The notes under the pieces were generated by a model. It was given only the letters and a program-made list of their open reading frames with translations. It did no database searches and was not told the DNA's origin. Below are positions 17,378 to 25,932 of a stretch of 63,386 nucleotides of DNA, piece by piece. Origin of the DNA: Vulcanimicrobiota bacterium (GTDB taxonomy: Bacteria; Vulcanimicrobiota; Vulcanimicrobiia; Vulcanimicrobiales; Vulcanimicrobiaceae); the NCBI GenBank assembly GCA_003135555.1, contig PLCF01000047.1, forward strand, positions 1 to 63,386, in the 5' to 3' direction. The position numbers were made by a program, and so were the translations under genes. The stretch's first letter is position 1. Each line of letters opens with the position of its first letter.

Positions 17378-19592
17378 GCCTGTCCTCTTCGCCGCGCTGC
17401 TGGCAGTCTGCTGCGCCGCGCCGGCCGGTGCGGCCACGACCGCCGCCGACGCCATCCCAGTCGCGCGCGCGGCGCAGCCGCTCCCGCTCGATCCGGCGCT
17501 CGCCGATCCGGGCTGGCAAGCGGGCAAGATCGCCGTCTCGCCCAGTTTTGTCGACCTGACGACCCGCCGCGCCGCGCCGGTCGGGACGACCGCATACTTG
17601 CTCTACGACGACCGCGCGATCTACGTCGCCTTCCACGCCGCGCAGCCCGGGATCGCGATCGCGGCCAGCCAGACGACCAACGGCGTCGGCTTCGGGATCG
17701 ACGACTTCGTCGGGATCGGCATCGACCCGGGCGGCAGCGGGTCGCAAGTCTACTATTTCGAGACGACGCCGCGCGGCACGCGCTACCAGCAGGCCAGCGA
17801 GAACGCGCGCTACGCGCCGGCCTGGAGCGCGGCGGCGCGCATCGCGGGCGACGGCTGGGACGCGGTGCTCGTCATCCCGCTCGACGCGCTGCGCCTCCAT
17901 GCCGGCCAACAGCACTGGCGCATCAACCTGGTGCGCGGCCTCGCGGCGACCGGCGAGCACCTGACCTGGGCATTCGACGGGATCATGCAGGACGGCCCGA
18001 TCGGGATCGGCTGGCCAAACTACACCGACGTGCGCTTCTGGCCGTCCTTGCGCCCGTTCGCGCTGGCAAAAGTCGGTGGTGCTGCGCATACGCCGCGCGC
18101 CGACATCTTTGCGCTGGGCAGCGTCGGGCGCGATCGCGCGCAGTTCGAGCAAGCCGATCAGTCGTTTCGCACCGAGCGCACGCGCACGCTGGGGATCGAC
18201 CTCGCGGTGCCGCTGACCGACACGATCACGTTCGTCGGGACGCTGGCGCCGGATTTTTCGAACGTCGAGATCGACCAGCAGACGATCGCGCCGCAAGAGT
18301 TCCGCCGGGCCCTGGTAGAGTACCGTCCGTTCTTCGCGCAAGGGGCCGCGTTCTTGAACCCCAACCCGACGGCGGTCGGCGGTTTCGTCACGCCGCCCAA
18401 CCTGATCTTCTACTCGCCCAGCATCGGTCCGTTCGACCGCGGCTTGAAGATCGAAGGGACGCACGGCAACGACAGCTTCGGCGTGCTCAGCGCGCGCGGC
18501 TACGACCTCACCCGGGGCAGCGCGTTCGACGACGTCGCGTACGGGTTCACGCACGCGTTGCCGGACCGCACGTTCCTGTACTGGATCGACGGGGTGCTCG
18601 CGCACCACGGCGGCATCGGCAGCGACGAGACCTCGGAGTTCGGGTTCAAGGGCCGCAGTCTCAAGACCGGCTTCGTCTACTCTGCCGGAACGTCGATCGA
18701 GCAGGGGACCGCGCGCGGCGGCGTCGAGCACAGCACCAACGGTTACGTCGACGTGCACAAGCCGAACTACGAAGTAAACCTCGCCTACACGGACGTGAGC
18801 CCGCACTACGACCCGCTCGACGGCTTCACCACCAACTCCGATATCCGGGGCCCGCAGTTGTCGATCTCGTTCCTCGGCAACGGGACGCGCGTGAAGAACT
18901 GGAATCTCTTCATGTTCGCCGACCGCTTCACCGACCGCTCGGGCGCGGTGCATCAAGCCGACACATCGCTCGGGCTCAACGTGACGTTCAAGAACGGCTT
19001 GAGCATCAACGGCTTCGGCCCCGGGACCAGCGTGCTGCGCAGCTACGACGTTCCGGCGGGGCCGAACTGCGGCGGCGCGATCGTCTTTCGCAGCGCGTTC
19101 ACCGGCGCGCCGTGCTATCTCAACGGCCGCACCGACCGGTTCAACTTCTTCAACGCCGGCTTCGGGTATCGCGACGGCACGCCGGCGCCGGTCGACTGGA
19201 GCTACGCGTTCGGACCGTTCGGCGGGGTGATGCTGCACCAGTTCACCACGACGACCTCGCGGCCGCTGGGCGGACGCTTCGCGCTCACGCTCGAGTACGA
19301 CGGCACCTGGGAGCGCGCGTTCGGTACCGGGATGCTGGACTCGCAGTTCCTGCGCCGCGTCGGGATCGGCGCGTCGCTGGGGCGCGACTCGAACCTCTCG
19401 CTCTCGTTGCGCTCGATCAACGGCAACGGCGGCTTCGCGGTGCCGGGAACGAACCTCGCGGCGACGTTCCACCGCCATTGGGCCAACGGCAACGAGCTCT
19501 ACCTCGACTTCGGCACCCCCGCCGCCACCGCGACCCTCAACCGCTTCATCACCAAGTACGTCTTCCACGTCGGCCCACTCCCCGGCACGTGA
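17367..19592 (+). CDS. Secreted CBM9-like + DUF5916-like (outer-membrane) protein
   Basis: Signal peptide; TTAYLLYDDRAIYVAF (CBM9/DOMON-like); PDFSNVEID...EYRPFF motif; beta-rich C-terminal half. Confidence 0.7.
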   Translation: MRATPVLFAALLAVCCAAPAGAATTAADAIPVARAAQPLPLDPALADPGWQAGKIAVSPSFVDLTTRRAAPVGTTAYLLYDDRAIYVAFHAAQPGIAIAASQTTNGVGFGIDDFVGIGIDPGGSGSQVYYFETTPRGTRYQQASENARYAPAWSAAARIAGDGWDAVLVIPLDALRLHAGQQHWRINLVRGLAATGEHLTWAFDGIMQDGPIGIGWPNYTDVRFWPSLRPFALAKVGGAAHTPRADIFALGSVGRDRAQFEQADQSFRTERTRTLGIDLAVPLTDTITFVGTLAPDFSNVEIDQQTIAPQEFRRALVEYRPFFAQGAAFLNPNPTAVGGFVTPPNLIFYSPSIGPFDRGLKIEGTHGNDSFGVLSARGYDLTRGSAFDDVAYGFTHALPDRTFLYWIDGVLAHHGGIGSDETSEFGFKGRSLKTGFVYSAGTSIEQGTARGGVEHSTNGYVDVHKPNYEVNLAYTDVSPHYDPLDGFTTNSDIRGPQLSISFLGNGTRVKNWNLFMFADRFTDRSGAVHQADTSLGLNVTFKNGLSINGFGPGTSVLRSYDVPAGPNCGGAIVFRSAFTGAPCYLNGRTDRFNFFNAGFGYRDGTPAPVDWSYAFGPFGGVMLHQFTTTTSRPLGGRFALTLEYDGTWERAFGTGMLDSQFLRRVGIGASLGRDSNLSLSLRSINGNGGFAVPGTNLAATFHRHWANGNELYLDFGTPAATATLNRFITKYVFHVGPLPGT

Positions 19593-19629
19593 GCTCTCGG
19601 GCGCGCTCGGCCACCACGACGACCTTCAA

Positions 19630-21009
19630 CTAGCGAACGAGCAGCGCGGCGGAGGCCGGCGCGAGGACGGCCGGTATCCCCGGGCTCCAGGTGAGTGCGC
19701 CGCCGCTGATGACGTCGCCGCCGGTCAGTACCAGGGAGCGGTGGTAGCGTTGCGCGAGCTGCGGCATTGCGACGACGTTCAGCCTCGGGTTGACGATCGC
19801 CGCGCACTCGCCGATCAGCGCACGGTTCTGATAGCAGCCCGCGAACTCCCGAGCGAACGCCCCGGTCTCGGTCTGCAACGCGGTGACGTGCGAGACCGCG
19901 GTGCGGGTCGGAAAGCGCGGCACGAGCGAGTACTCCGGCATGAGCGAGGTTTGCGAGGGGATCGCGTCGGTTGGCGCGGCCACCGACCACTGCGGATCGT
20001 ACGTCAGCCACCACGAGGCCAGTGCGTACAGCCGGTTTTCGGCGGTCGGCGTTCCGGTCATGAAGCAGATTCCCCACCGCTTCATGCGCGCGTTCTCCAG
20101 CAGCGCGTCCTGTTGGCCGCTCCAGCCGCCTTCATCCTTGAGCGTCTTGAGGCCGGAATCGGCGCGCAGGCATCCTTCGTGCACGTTGCCACGCACGAAC
20201 GGCGGGCGCAGGAACGCGCCGCCGTACGGAACCTGCTCGGTGACCGGATCGCTGCCGTTGAGGATCAGCGGCAGCGCGGATTCACCGAGATACGAGATCC
20301 ACGCGTCGCGGAACGCCTCGTCACTTCGAATCTCGACGCCGGCGGCGTTGAAGTCGTAGAAGTGCGCGCTCGTGGGCGACATGTTGCCCGCGTGCAGCGG
20401 GCCGCCGGAATCGTCGGAGAACAGGAAGTCGATCGCCGGCGCGCGCCGCTTCACCAGGGCCGTAAACTCGCGCCAAGCGCGGTGCGCCGCAGGCGACGCG
20501 GGGTTGAGCGCCTCTTGATAGGCGCGGTCTCCGGGGACGTAGTGCCGGATGCGCGTGCCGTCGGGTCCGTGAAACCACCCGCTCTCGTCCGCGACGAGAC
20601 GCGAGTATTCTGACTTGCAGCGTCCCACCGGCGGCCTGAACGGAGGGTCGCAATACGGAACGTATGCCGGGTCGGTGTACGCGGCGGCGTAACGCCCGCC
20701 CGCCGCCTTGAAGCGCACCGCGAACTCACCGTAGTCGTCGACTTCGACGAAGTCGGCGTAGCGCGCCATGATCTCGGGCGGCACGTGCTCGTTGACCCCG
20801 ACGAGCCCGTAGTAGTACCAGGTCTGAACGTGCGCCGGCACGCGGGCCGCCTCCGCGCGCAGTTGCGCCGGCGACGGCGCCGGGCCCAGCAGGACGTCGG
20901 ACGCCCCGGCGGCGGCGAACCTGGGCGGCCCAAGTGCTTGGACGAAGCCGATCGCGACCGCGCCGAACGCGACGATCGCCGCCAGAATCACCGCTCCCCG
21001 TAGGCTCAC
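19630..21009 (-). CDS. Exported uncharacterised protein, putative glycoside hydrolase-like (paralog A)
   Basis: N-terminal hydrophobic segment from GTG 21009; extensive identity with the C-terminal domain of 25933-27978; FSDDSGG and HEGC acidic motifs; EPS context. Confidence 0.7.
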   Translation of the reverse strand: MSLRGAVILAAIVAFGAVAIGFVQALGPPRFAAAGASDVLLGPAPSPAQLRAEAARVPAHVQTWYYYGLVGVNEHVPPEIMARYADFVEVDDYGEFAVRFKAAGGRYAAAYTDPAYVPYCDPPFRPPVGRCKSEYSRLVADESGWFHGPDGTRIRHYVPGDRAYQEALNPASPAAHRAWREFTALVKRRAPAIDFLFSDDSGGPLHAGNMSPTSAHFYDFNAAGVEIRSDEAFRDAWISYLGESALPLILNGSDPVTEQVPYGGAFLRPPFVRGNVHEGCLRADSGLKTLKDEGGWSGQQDALLENARMKRWGICFMTGTPTAENRLYALASWWLTYDPQWSVAAPTDAIPSQTSLMPEYSLVPRFPTRTAVSHVTALQTETGAFAREFAGCYQNRALIGECAAIVNPRLNVVAMPQLAQRYHRSLVLTGGDVISGGALTWSPGIPAVLAPASAALLVR

Positions 21010-21015
21010 CGCGCG

Positions 21016-21103
21016 CCCTTCGACGGGGCTCAGGGTGACACCGGGGGGGCGAACCGTCGCGGGTTCTCCGGCGTAGACGTAGGCGCGGGGCTCAGGGTGA
21101 GAC
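21016..21103 (+). repeat. REP-like element plus half-copy
   Basis: CCCTTCGACGGGGCTCAGGGTGACA 21016-21040; GGGGCTCAGGGTGAGACA near 21087. Confidence 0.85.
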
Positions 21104-21165
21104 ACGGTTGTGCCGATACCTCAGAGTACCGGCGGCAGCTGCACGCACTCGCGAGGAGGGTCCGC

Positions 21166-21324
21166 ATGCACTTCGGTCTTCAGGCGCGCCCCGCGCGCGT
21201 CGAACTCAAAGCCAAACCCTACCGGCTCAACGGGGCCGAGATGCTCGTGCTGGGTCTGATCGCGTTGGCGGTGGTCGACTGCGGCATCATCGGGTGGCTC
21301 GTCGCCCACGGTTTAGGCGGCTAG
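21166..21324 (+). CDS. Small single-pass membrane protein (52 aa)
   Basis: GAGGAGGG SD before ATG; hydrophobic MLVLGLIALAVVDCGIIGWLVA; hairpin downstream at 21333-21355. Confidence 0.6.
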   Translation: MHFGLQARPARVELKAKPYRLNGAEMLVLGLIALAVVDCGIIGWLVAHGLGG

Positions 21325-21612
21325 AGTCCCGGGACCAGCCGCCGCGCGGCTGGTCTATGGCGAGGCTCCGAGACGACGGCAGATCGGGCCGATCTGAGCG
21401 TAACGGAACGCGATTTTAGAGGCTCGTCCCCCAATTCGGAGGGGTGATGGCAGGGCCTTTGACTCCGGGACCATTGTCGGCCATAGGGCTATCCCCAGGG
21501 CCCAAAGACGGTCGCAGTTCGGGACCTGCGCTTCACTTGGCGGGGGCGCAATTCGGCGACAGTGAGGAAGCGCACTGATGCGCGCTGCCTGCCGCAAGGA
21601 TCGCACCGCAAA

Positions 21613-23037
21613 ATGGCCGTCGCCCTGGAACACGAATTCGCCGCCCTCCCGCATGAGGATGCTCGCCCTGGCGTGCATTCTTTTTCACCTGCCTGGGTGG
21701 CGGCGCTGGTCGTTTCGGACGTCGTGCTGTTCCTGGTCGCGACCTACCTCGCCGGGCTGTTCGTCAAGAACTACTGGATCACGACGCTGCCCATCCGCCA
21801 CGTCGTCGTCCCGGCGCTGCTCACGGTCGGCCTGACGGTCCTGGTCTTCTGGCAGCTCGGCTTGTACCGCCGCTCCTTCGCGATGTCGATGCGCGACGAG
21901 CTCTATCATGCCGTCGCGGCGCTCTCGCTCGCCTCGGCCCCGGTGCTCATCGTCTTCTCGATGTTCCCCGAGATCTCGACCTCGCGGGTGCTCGCGATTT
22001 TCGCCCTGATCTTCGCGATCGCGCTGGTCGGCTCGGCGCGCGCCCTGGCCCACCGGCTGCGCGATGTCCTCACGCTGGCCCGCCCGCGCCGCATCGCCGT
22101 CGTCGGCCATCCGTCGCGCCTGGAATTCGCCGAAGACGCGATGCGCTCGCTGCCCAACGCCCGCGTGTTCCGCCTGGCGGTGCCCAACATCGACGCGGTC
22201 GGCGCGGTCAACGCGGACGCGATCGCGATGCAGCCGTGGTTCCAGCACGCCGCGGCCTGGGGTTGCGACACGCTGGTGTTCACCGAGATCCTCGCCCCGT
22301 CGCTCATGCCGCACGTCTTGGCCGCCGCGCAACGCGTCGGGATGACGATCGCCTTCGCACCGCCGCGCATCCGCGTCCACGCCTACGACCTGCACATGGA
22401 GACGATCGGGAAGCAGGCGCTCATCGTCGCCCGACCGCTGCGTGCCACCGAGCCCAGCGCGCGTCTGGGCAAGCGGCTGTTCGACCTCACCGTCTCGTCG
22501 GTCGCCGCGCTGCTGTTCGCGCCGGTGATGCTGATCATCGCGGTCGCGATCTTGCTCGAGGACGGCCAGCCCGTGCTGTACCGCCAAGAGCGCGTCGGCC
22601 GCGACGGCAAGACCTTCAACATGCTCAAGTTCCGCTCGATGCGCATGGACGCGGAGAAGGACGGCGCGAAGCTGGCCACGCGCAAAGACGAGCGCACGAC
22701 CCGCGTCGGCAAGTTCATCCGCCGCACCTCGCTCGACGAGTTGCCGCAGCTGTTCAACGTGCTCAAGGGTGAGATGTCGGTCGTCGGCCCGCGGCCGGAG
22801 CGCCCGATCTTCGTCAAGCAGTTCGAACAGCAGCATCCGCGCTATGCAGAGCGCCACATCGTGCCGCCGGGGATCACCGGCTGGTCGCAAGTGTACGGCA
22901 AACGTGTGCTGGGCTTCGACGACGTCCCCGACAAGCTGCGCGGCGATCTGTTCTACGTCGAGAACTGGTCGCTGTTCATGGACATCGCGGTATGCCTGAA
23001 GACGGCCGCGGAGGTTCTCTTCCACAAAGCCGCTTAG
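21613..23037 (+). CDS. Undecaprenyl-phosphate glycosylphosphotransferase (WcaJ/WbaP-type priming transferase)
   Basis: N-terminal TMs; KRLFD, KFRSM, SLDELPQLFNVLKGEMSVVGPRPE, PGITGWSQV. Confidence 0.95.
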   Translation: MAVALEHEFAALPHEDARPGVHSFSPAWVAALVVSDVVLFLVATYLAGLFVKNYWITTLPIRHVVVPALLTVGLTVLVFWQLGLYRRSFAMSMRDELYHAVAALSLASAPVLIVFSMFPEISTSRVLAIFALIFAIALVGSARALAHRLRDVLTLARPRRIAVVGHPSRLEFAEDAMRSLPNARVFRLAVPNIDAVGAVNADAIAMQPWFQHAAAWGCDTLVFTEILAPSLMPHVLAAAQRVGMTIAFAPPRIRVHAYDLHMETIGKQALIVARPLRATEPSARLGKRLFDLTVSSVAALLFAPVMLIIAVAILLEDGQPVLYRQERVGRDGKTFNMLKFRSMRMDAEKDGAKLATRKDERTTRVGKFIRRTSLDELPQLFNVLKGEMSVVGPRPERPIFVKQFEQQHPRYAERHIVPPGITGWSQVYGKRVLGFDDVPDKLRGDLFYVENWSLFMDIAVCLKTAAEVLFHKAA

Positions 23038-23039
23038 GC

Positions 23040-24164
23040 GTGCAGCGGACGTTCTATCCGCACGTCGAGGGCCTGCGCGGCGTCGCAGCCCTCTACGTCT
23101 TCTTGTTCCACGTCTGGCAGGCCGGGATCGAGCACCCGGCCACCGCGACCCTCGCGCTGTGGTTCGGCGCGACGTGGTGGCTGTTGCAATACGGACACTT
23201 CGCCGTCGCCGCGTTCATCGTGATCTCGGGATTTTGCCTGGCGTTGCCCGTCGCGGCCGGTAGCACGTTGCCCTTCGACCCGCGCCGATTCTTCGTCCGT
23301 CGCGCGCGCCGCTTGATGCCGGCGTACGTCGCGGTCGTGTTCCTCTCGATCGTACCGTGGTGCGTCACCGCGCTAATGGAAGGGCATCCCGTCAGCCCGC
23401 CGCACATCGCGCTGGCGACCGTGATGCACCTGGCGCTGATCCACAACCTGTTCTACGCCACGACCGAGTACCTGAACGGCCCCTTGTGGACGATCGCGCT
23501 GGAATGCCAGATCTACGTGGCGTTCGCGTTGCTGCTGATCCCGGTGTGGCGGCGCTTCGGTCTGGTCGCGCAGCTCGCGCTGGCCCTGGGCCTGGGGCTG
23601 GTTCCGCATTACGCGCTGCACTCGCTGGACTGGACGTTGCCCTGGCTGCTGGGGCTGTTCGCGCTGGGCGTCGCCGCGGCGTCGCTGGCAGCGCGTGACA
23701 CCCTGCCGCGCGTACCGTTTGGTTGGCTCGCCCTCGCTGCCGCGGCAGTGACCGTCCTGCTGGTCCTCCCGTATCGCGAAGGGATCACGCCCGACGGCGC
23801 GCTGTGGCCGGCCGACTTCGCGGCCGGCACGGCGATCGCGTTGTTCTTCGTCGCCGGCGCGCGCAACGAACGCCTGTTGCCGGTGCGGCTGCTGGCGCTG
23901 CGACCGGTCGTGCTGTTGGGGACGTTCTCGTACAGCCTCTATCTCATCCACGCGCCGCTCGTCGACGTGACCGCGGCCGCGCTGGCGCGCCTGCATGCCG
24001 GCGTCGCGGCGAGCGCGCTCGCCTACGGCGTGTTCGTTCCGCTGGTGCTGGCGCTGGCGTACGTGTTCTATCGGGGCTTCGAACGGCCGTTCATGTCCAA
24101 AGAGTTCCGCCGCGCGATCGCGCTGCAAACCGAGTCGCCGGGCGCCGTCGCCGTCGCGTGCTGA
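23040..24164 (+). CDS. Acyltransferase-3 (OafA-like) membrane O-acyltransferase
   Basis: EGLRGVAALYVFLFH, FIVISGF, RRARRLMP, WTIALE, SYSLYLIH. Confidence 0.92.
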   Translation: MQRTFYPHVEGLRGVAALYVFLFHVWQAGIEHPATATLALWFGATWWLLQYGHFAVAAFIVISGFCLALPVAAGSTLPFDPRRFFVRRARRLMPAYVAVVFLSIVPWCVTALMEGHPVSPPHIALATVMHLALIHNLFYATTEYLNGPLWTIALECQIYVAFALLLIPVWRRFGLVAQLALALGLGLVPHYALHSLDWTLPWLLGLFALGVAAASLAARDTLPRVPFGWLALAAAAVTVLLVLPYREGITPDGALWPADFAAGTAIALFFVAGARNERLLPVRLLALRPVVLLGTFSYSLYLIHAPLVDVTAAALARLHAGVAASALAYGVFVPLVLALAYVFYRGFERPFMSKEFRRAIALQTESPGAVAVAC

Positions 24165-25654
24165 AGGTCGCGATCGCGGTCGTCCCCGGGCTCGCGCCGG
24201 ACTGGCACCGCTGGTGCTTCGAGGCGTTGCGCGCGTCGGCCGGCGTGGAGACGGTCGTCATCGAGGCGGTGCGCGACGCCGATTTCCGCGACGCCGACGT
24301 GATCCTCGATCTTGCGGGCGCCGCGATCGTCGCCGAGCCGCGGTACGGCGTGTGGTCGTTCGCGCCCGCGACGGCGAACGACGTGACGCTCCCGTTCGCG
24401 CGCGAGATCATCGCCGGCGCGCCCACCTTCGAGATCGCGCTGGTACGCCGCATCGCGGGGCGCGTCGAGTGTTTGCGCGCGGGGCGCTTTCCGGTCACCG
24501 CCTGGTATCCGAGCACGCTGCGGCTCGCCTTCGCCGAGGCCGCCCGCTGGCCGGCGACGCTGGCCACCCTCCTCGCCGCCGGCCACGATAGTGGCCCACC
24601 CTTCGACGGCGCTCAGGGTGACAAGGGGGCGGGGCACGATGAGGTTTGTCATGCTGAGCCCCGTCGAAGCATGGGCCACGATCCCTTCGACCAGGTTGGC
24701 GTGATAGTGCAACTCGGGGTGGCGCTGGCGGTGGGGTTGGTGCGGGCGCTGCTGGTCGAGCTGTTCGAGATCGTGGAGTGGAACGTCGGCTTCATCGACG
24801 GCGACGCGCGGCTGCTGCTCGAACCCACGCCGCTCGCGGTTCGCTGGCTGCCGGCCCCGCCGCCCGCGACGCTGATCGCCGACCCGTTCGTCGTCGAGCG
24901 CGACGGGATCACGGTGCTGTTCGTCGAGGCGTTCGAGTATCGCGGCTCGCACGGTGCGATCGACGCGCTGGTGCTGGGTGCCGACGGTGCGGTCGTGCGG
25001 CGCGCGCGCGCGATCGATGCGACGACGCACCTGAGCTATCCGTATCCGGTCGAGATCGACGGTGAGCTCTACTTGCTGCCGGAAAACGCGGCGGGCAACG
25101 AGGTCGCGCTCTACCGCTGCACCGCATTCCCGGACCGCTGGGAACGCGAGAGCGCGATCTTCCCGGCGTTCGACGGCATCGACACGACACTGTTTGCGCA
25201 CGACGGCCGCTGGTGGGCGTTGTGCACCCGCCAGTCGCACGGCGCGAACGTCGCGTTGTTCGCCTTCCACGCGGCCTCGCCGCGCGGGCCGTGGACCGCC
25301 CACGCGCTCAACCCCATCGTGTGCGACGTGTCGTGCGCGCGTCCGGCGGGCCGGCCGTTCGTCGTCGACGGCGTCTGGTATCGCCCGGGCCAGGATTGCT
25401 CGCGCTCCTACGGCGGGGGTCTGGCGATCGCGCGCATCGACGCGCTAACGCCCACCGAGTACCGCGAAACCGTCGTGCGGCGCATCGACGGGAGCGGACT
25501 GGGGCGCTGGAGCGAGGGCCTCCACACCGTGAGCGCCATGCGCGGGGCGCTCGTCGTCGACGGCAAGCGCACGTATCACTCGGCCGCGAAGTTGGCCTGG
25601 GCGCTGCCACGGCTGCTGAAGCGCGCCGCAGGGCCTATTGGCCCATCCGACTAG
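24158..25654 (+). CDS. GINT1-N-like (beta-propeller) polysaccharide-associated protein with in-frame repeat insertion
   Basis: ADPF, HLSYPY, LLPE, NPIV...ARPAG, RPGQDC..YGG, LHT motifs; GTG overlaps the upstream stop. Confidence 0.8.
   Translation: MLKVAIAVVPGLAPDWHRWCFEALRASAGVETVVIEAVRDADFRDADVILDLAGAAIVAEPRYGVWSFAPATANDVTLPFAREIIAGAPTFEIALVRRIAGRVECLRAGRFPVTAWYPSTLRLAFAEAARWPATLATLLAAGHDSGPPFDGAQGDKGAGHDEVCHAEPRRSMGHDPFDQVGVIVQLGVALAVGLVRALLVELFEIVEWNVGFIDGDARLLLEPTPLAVRWLPAPPPATLIADPFVVERDGITVLFVEAFEYRGSHGAIDALVLGADGAVVRRARAIDATTHLSYPYPVEIDGELYLLPENAAGNEVALYRCTAFPDRWERESAIFPAFDGIDTTLFAHDGRWWALCTRQSHGANVALFAFHAASPRGPWTAHALNPIVCDVSCARPAGRPFVVDGVWYRPGQDCSRSYGGGLAIARIDALTPTEYRETVVRRIDGSGLGRWSEGLHTVSAMRGALVVDGKRTYHSAAKLAWALPRLLKRAAGPIGPSD
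24581..24691. repeat. Intragenic inverted dimer of REP-like elements
   Basis: Direct copy 24591-24623, inverted copy 24647-24679, GGCCACGAT direct repeats 93 bp apart. Confidence 0.9.
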
Positions 25655-25932
25655 GCCAACCGGCTCAATCGGCGACGCTCCCGACCGATAACAAGAAGAC
25701 GGAACGAGCCGTCGACACGTTGACGCCCGCTCCGTAAACCGCACGTCTTGGAGACGGCGTGGCCTCGCCATGGGCTGCGCCGGGCCTCCACGACAATCGT
25801 TGCACCGCCGGCCCGGCCGACACAGCCGGGCGGCGGTGCAGCGGGTGATTACCACCGCTCGGGCGGCGGTTCTAGCCCGTTACCACGGGCGCGTAGGATC
25901 GCCGGGTCATGCTGGTCTTCAGGAGTTGTCGC

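Noticed and set aside
25860..25875. ops/JUMPstart element for RfaH-type antitermination
   Set aside because: GGCGGCGGTTCTAG does not match GGCGGTAG and the locus is not one long operon.
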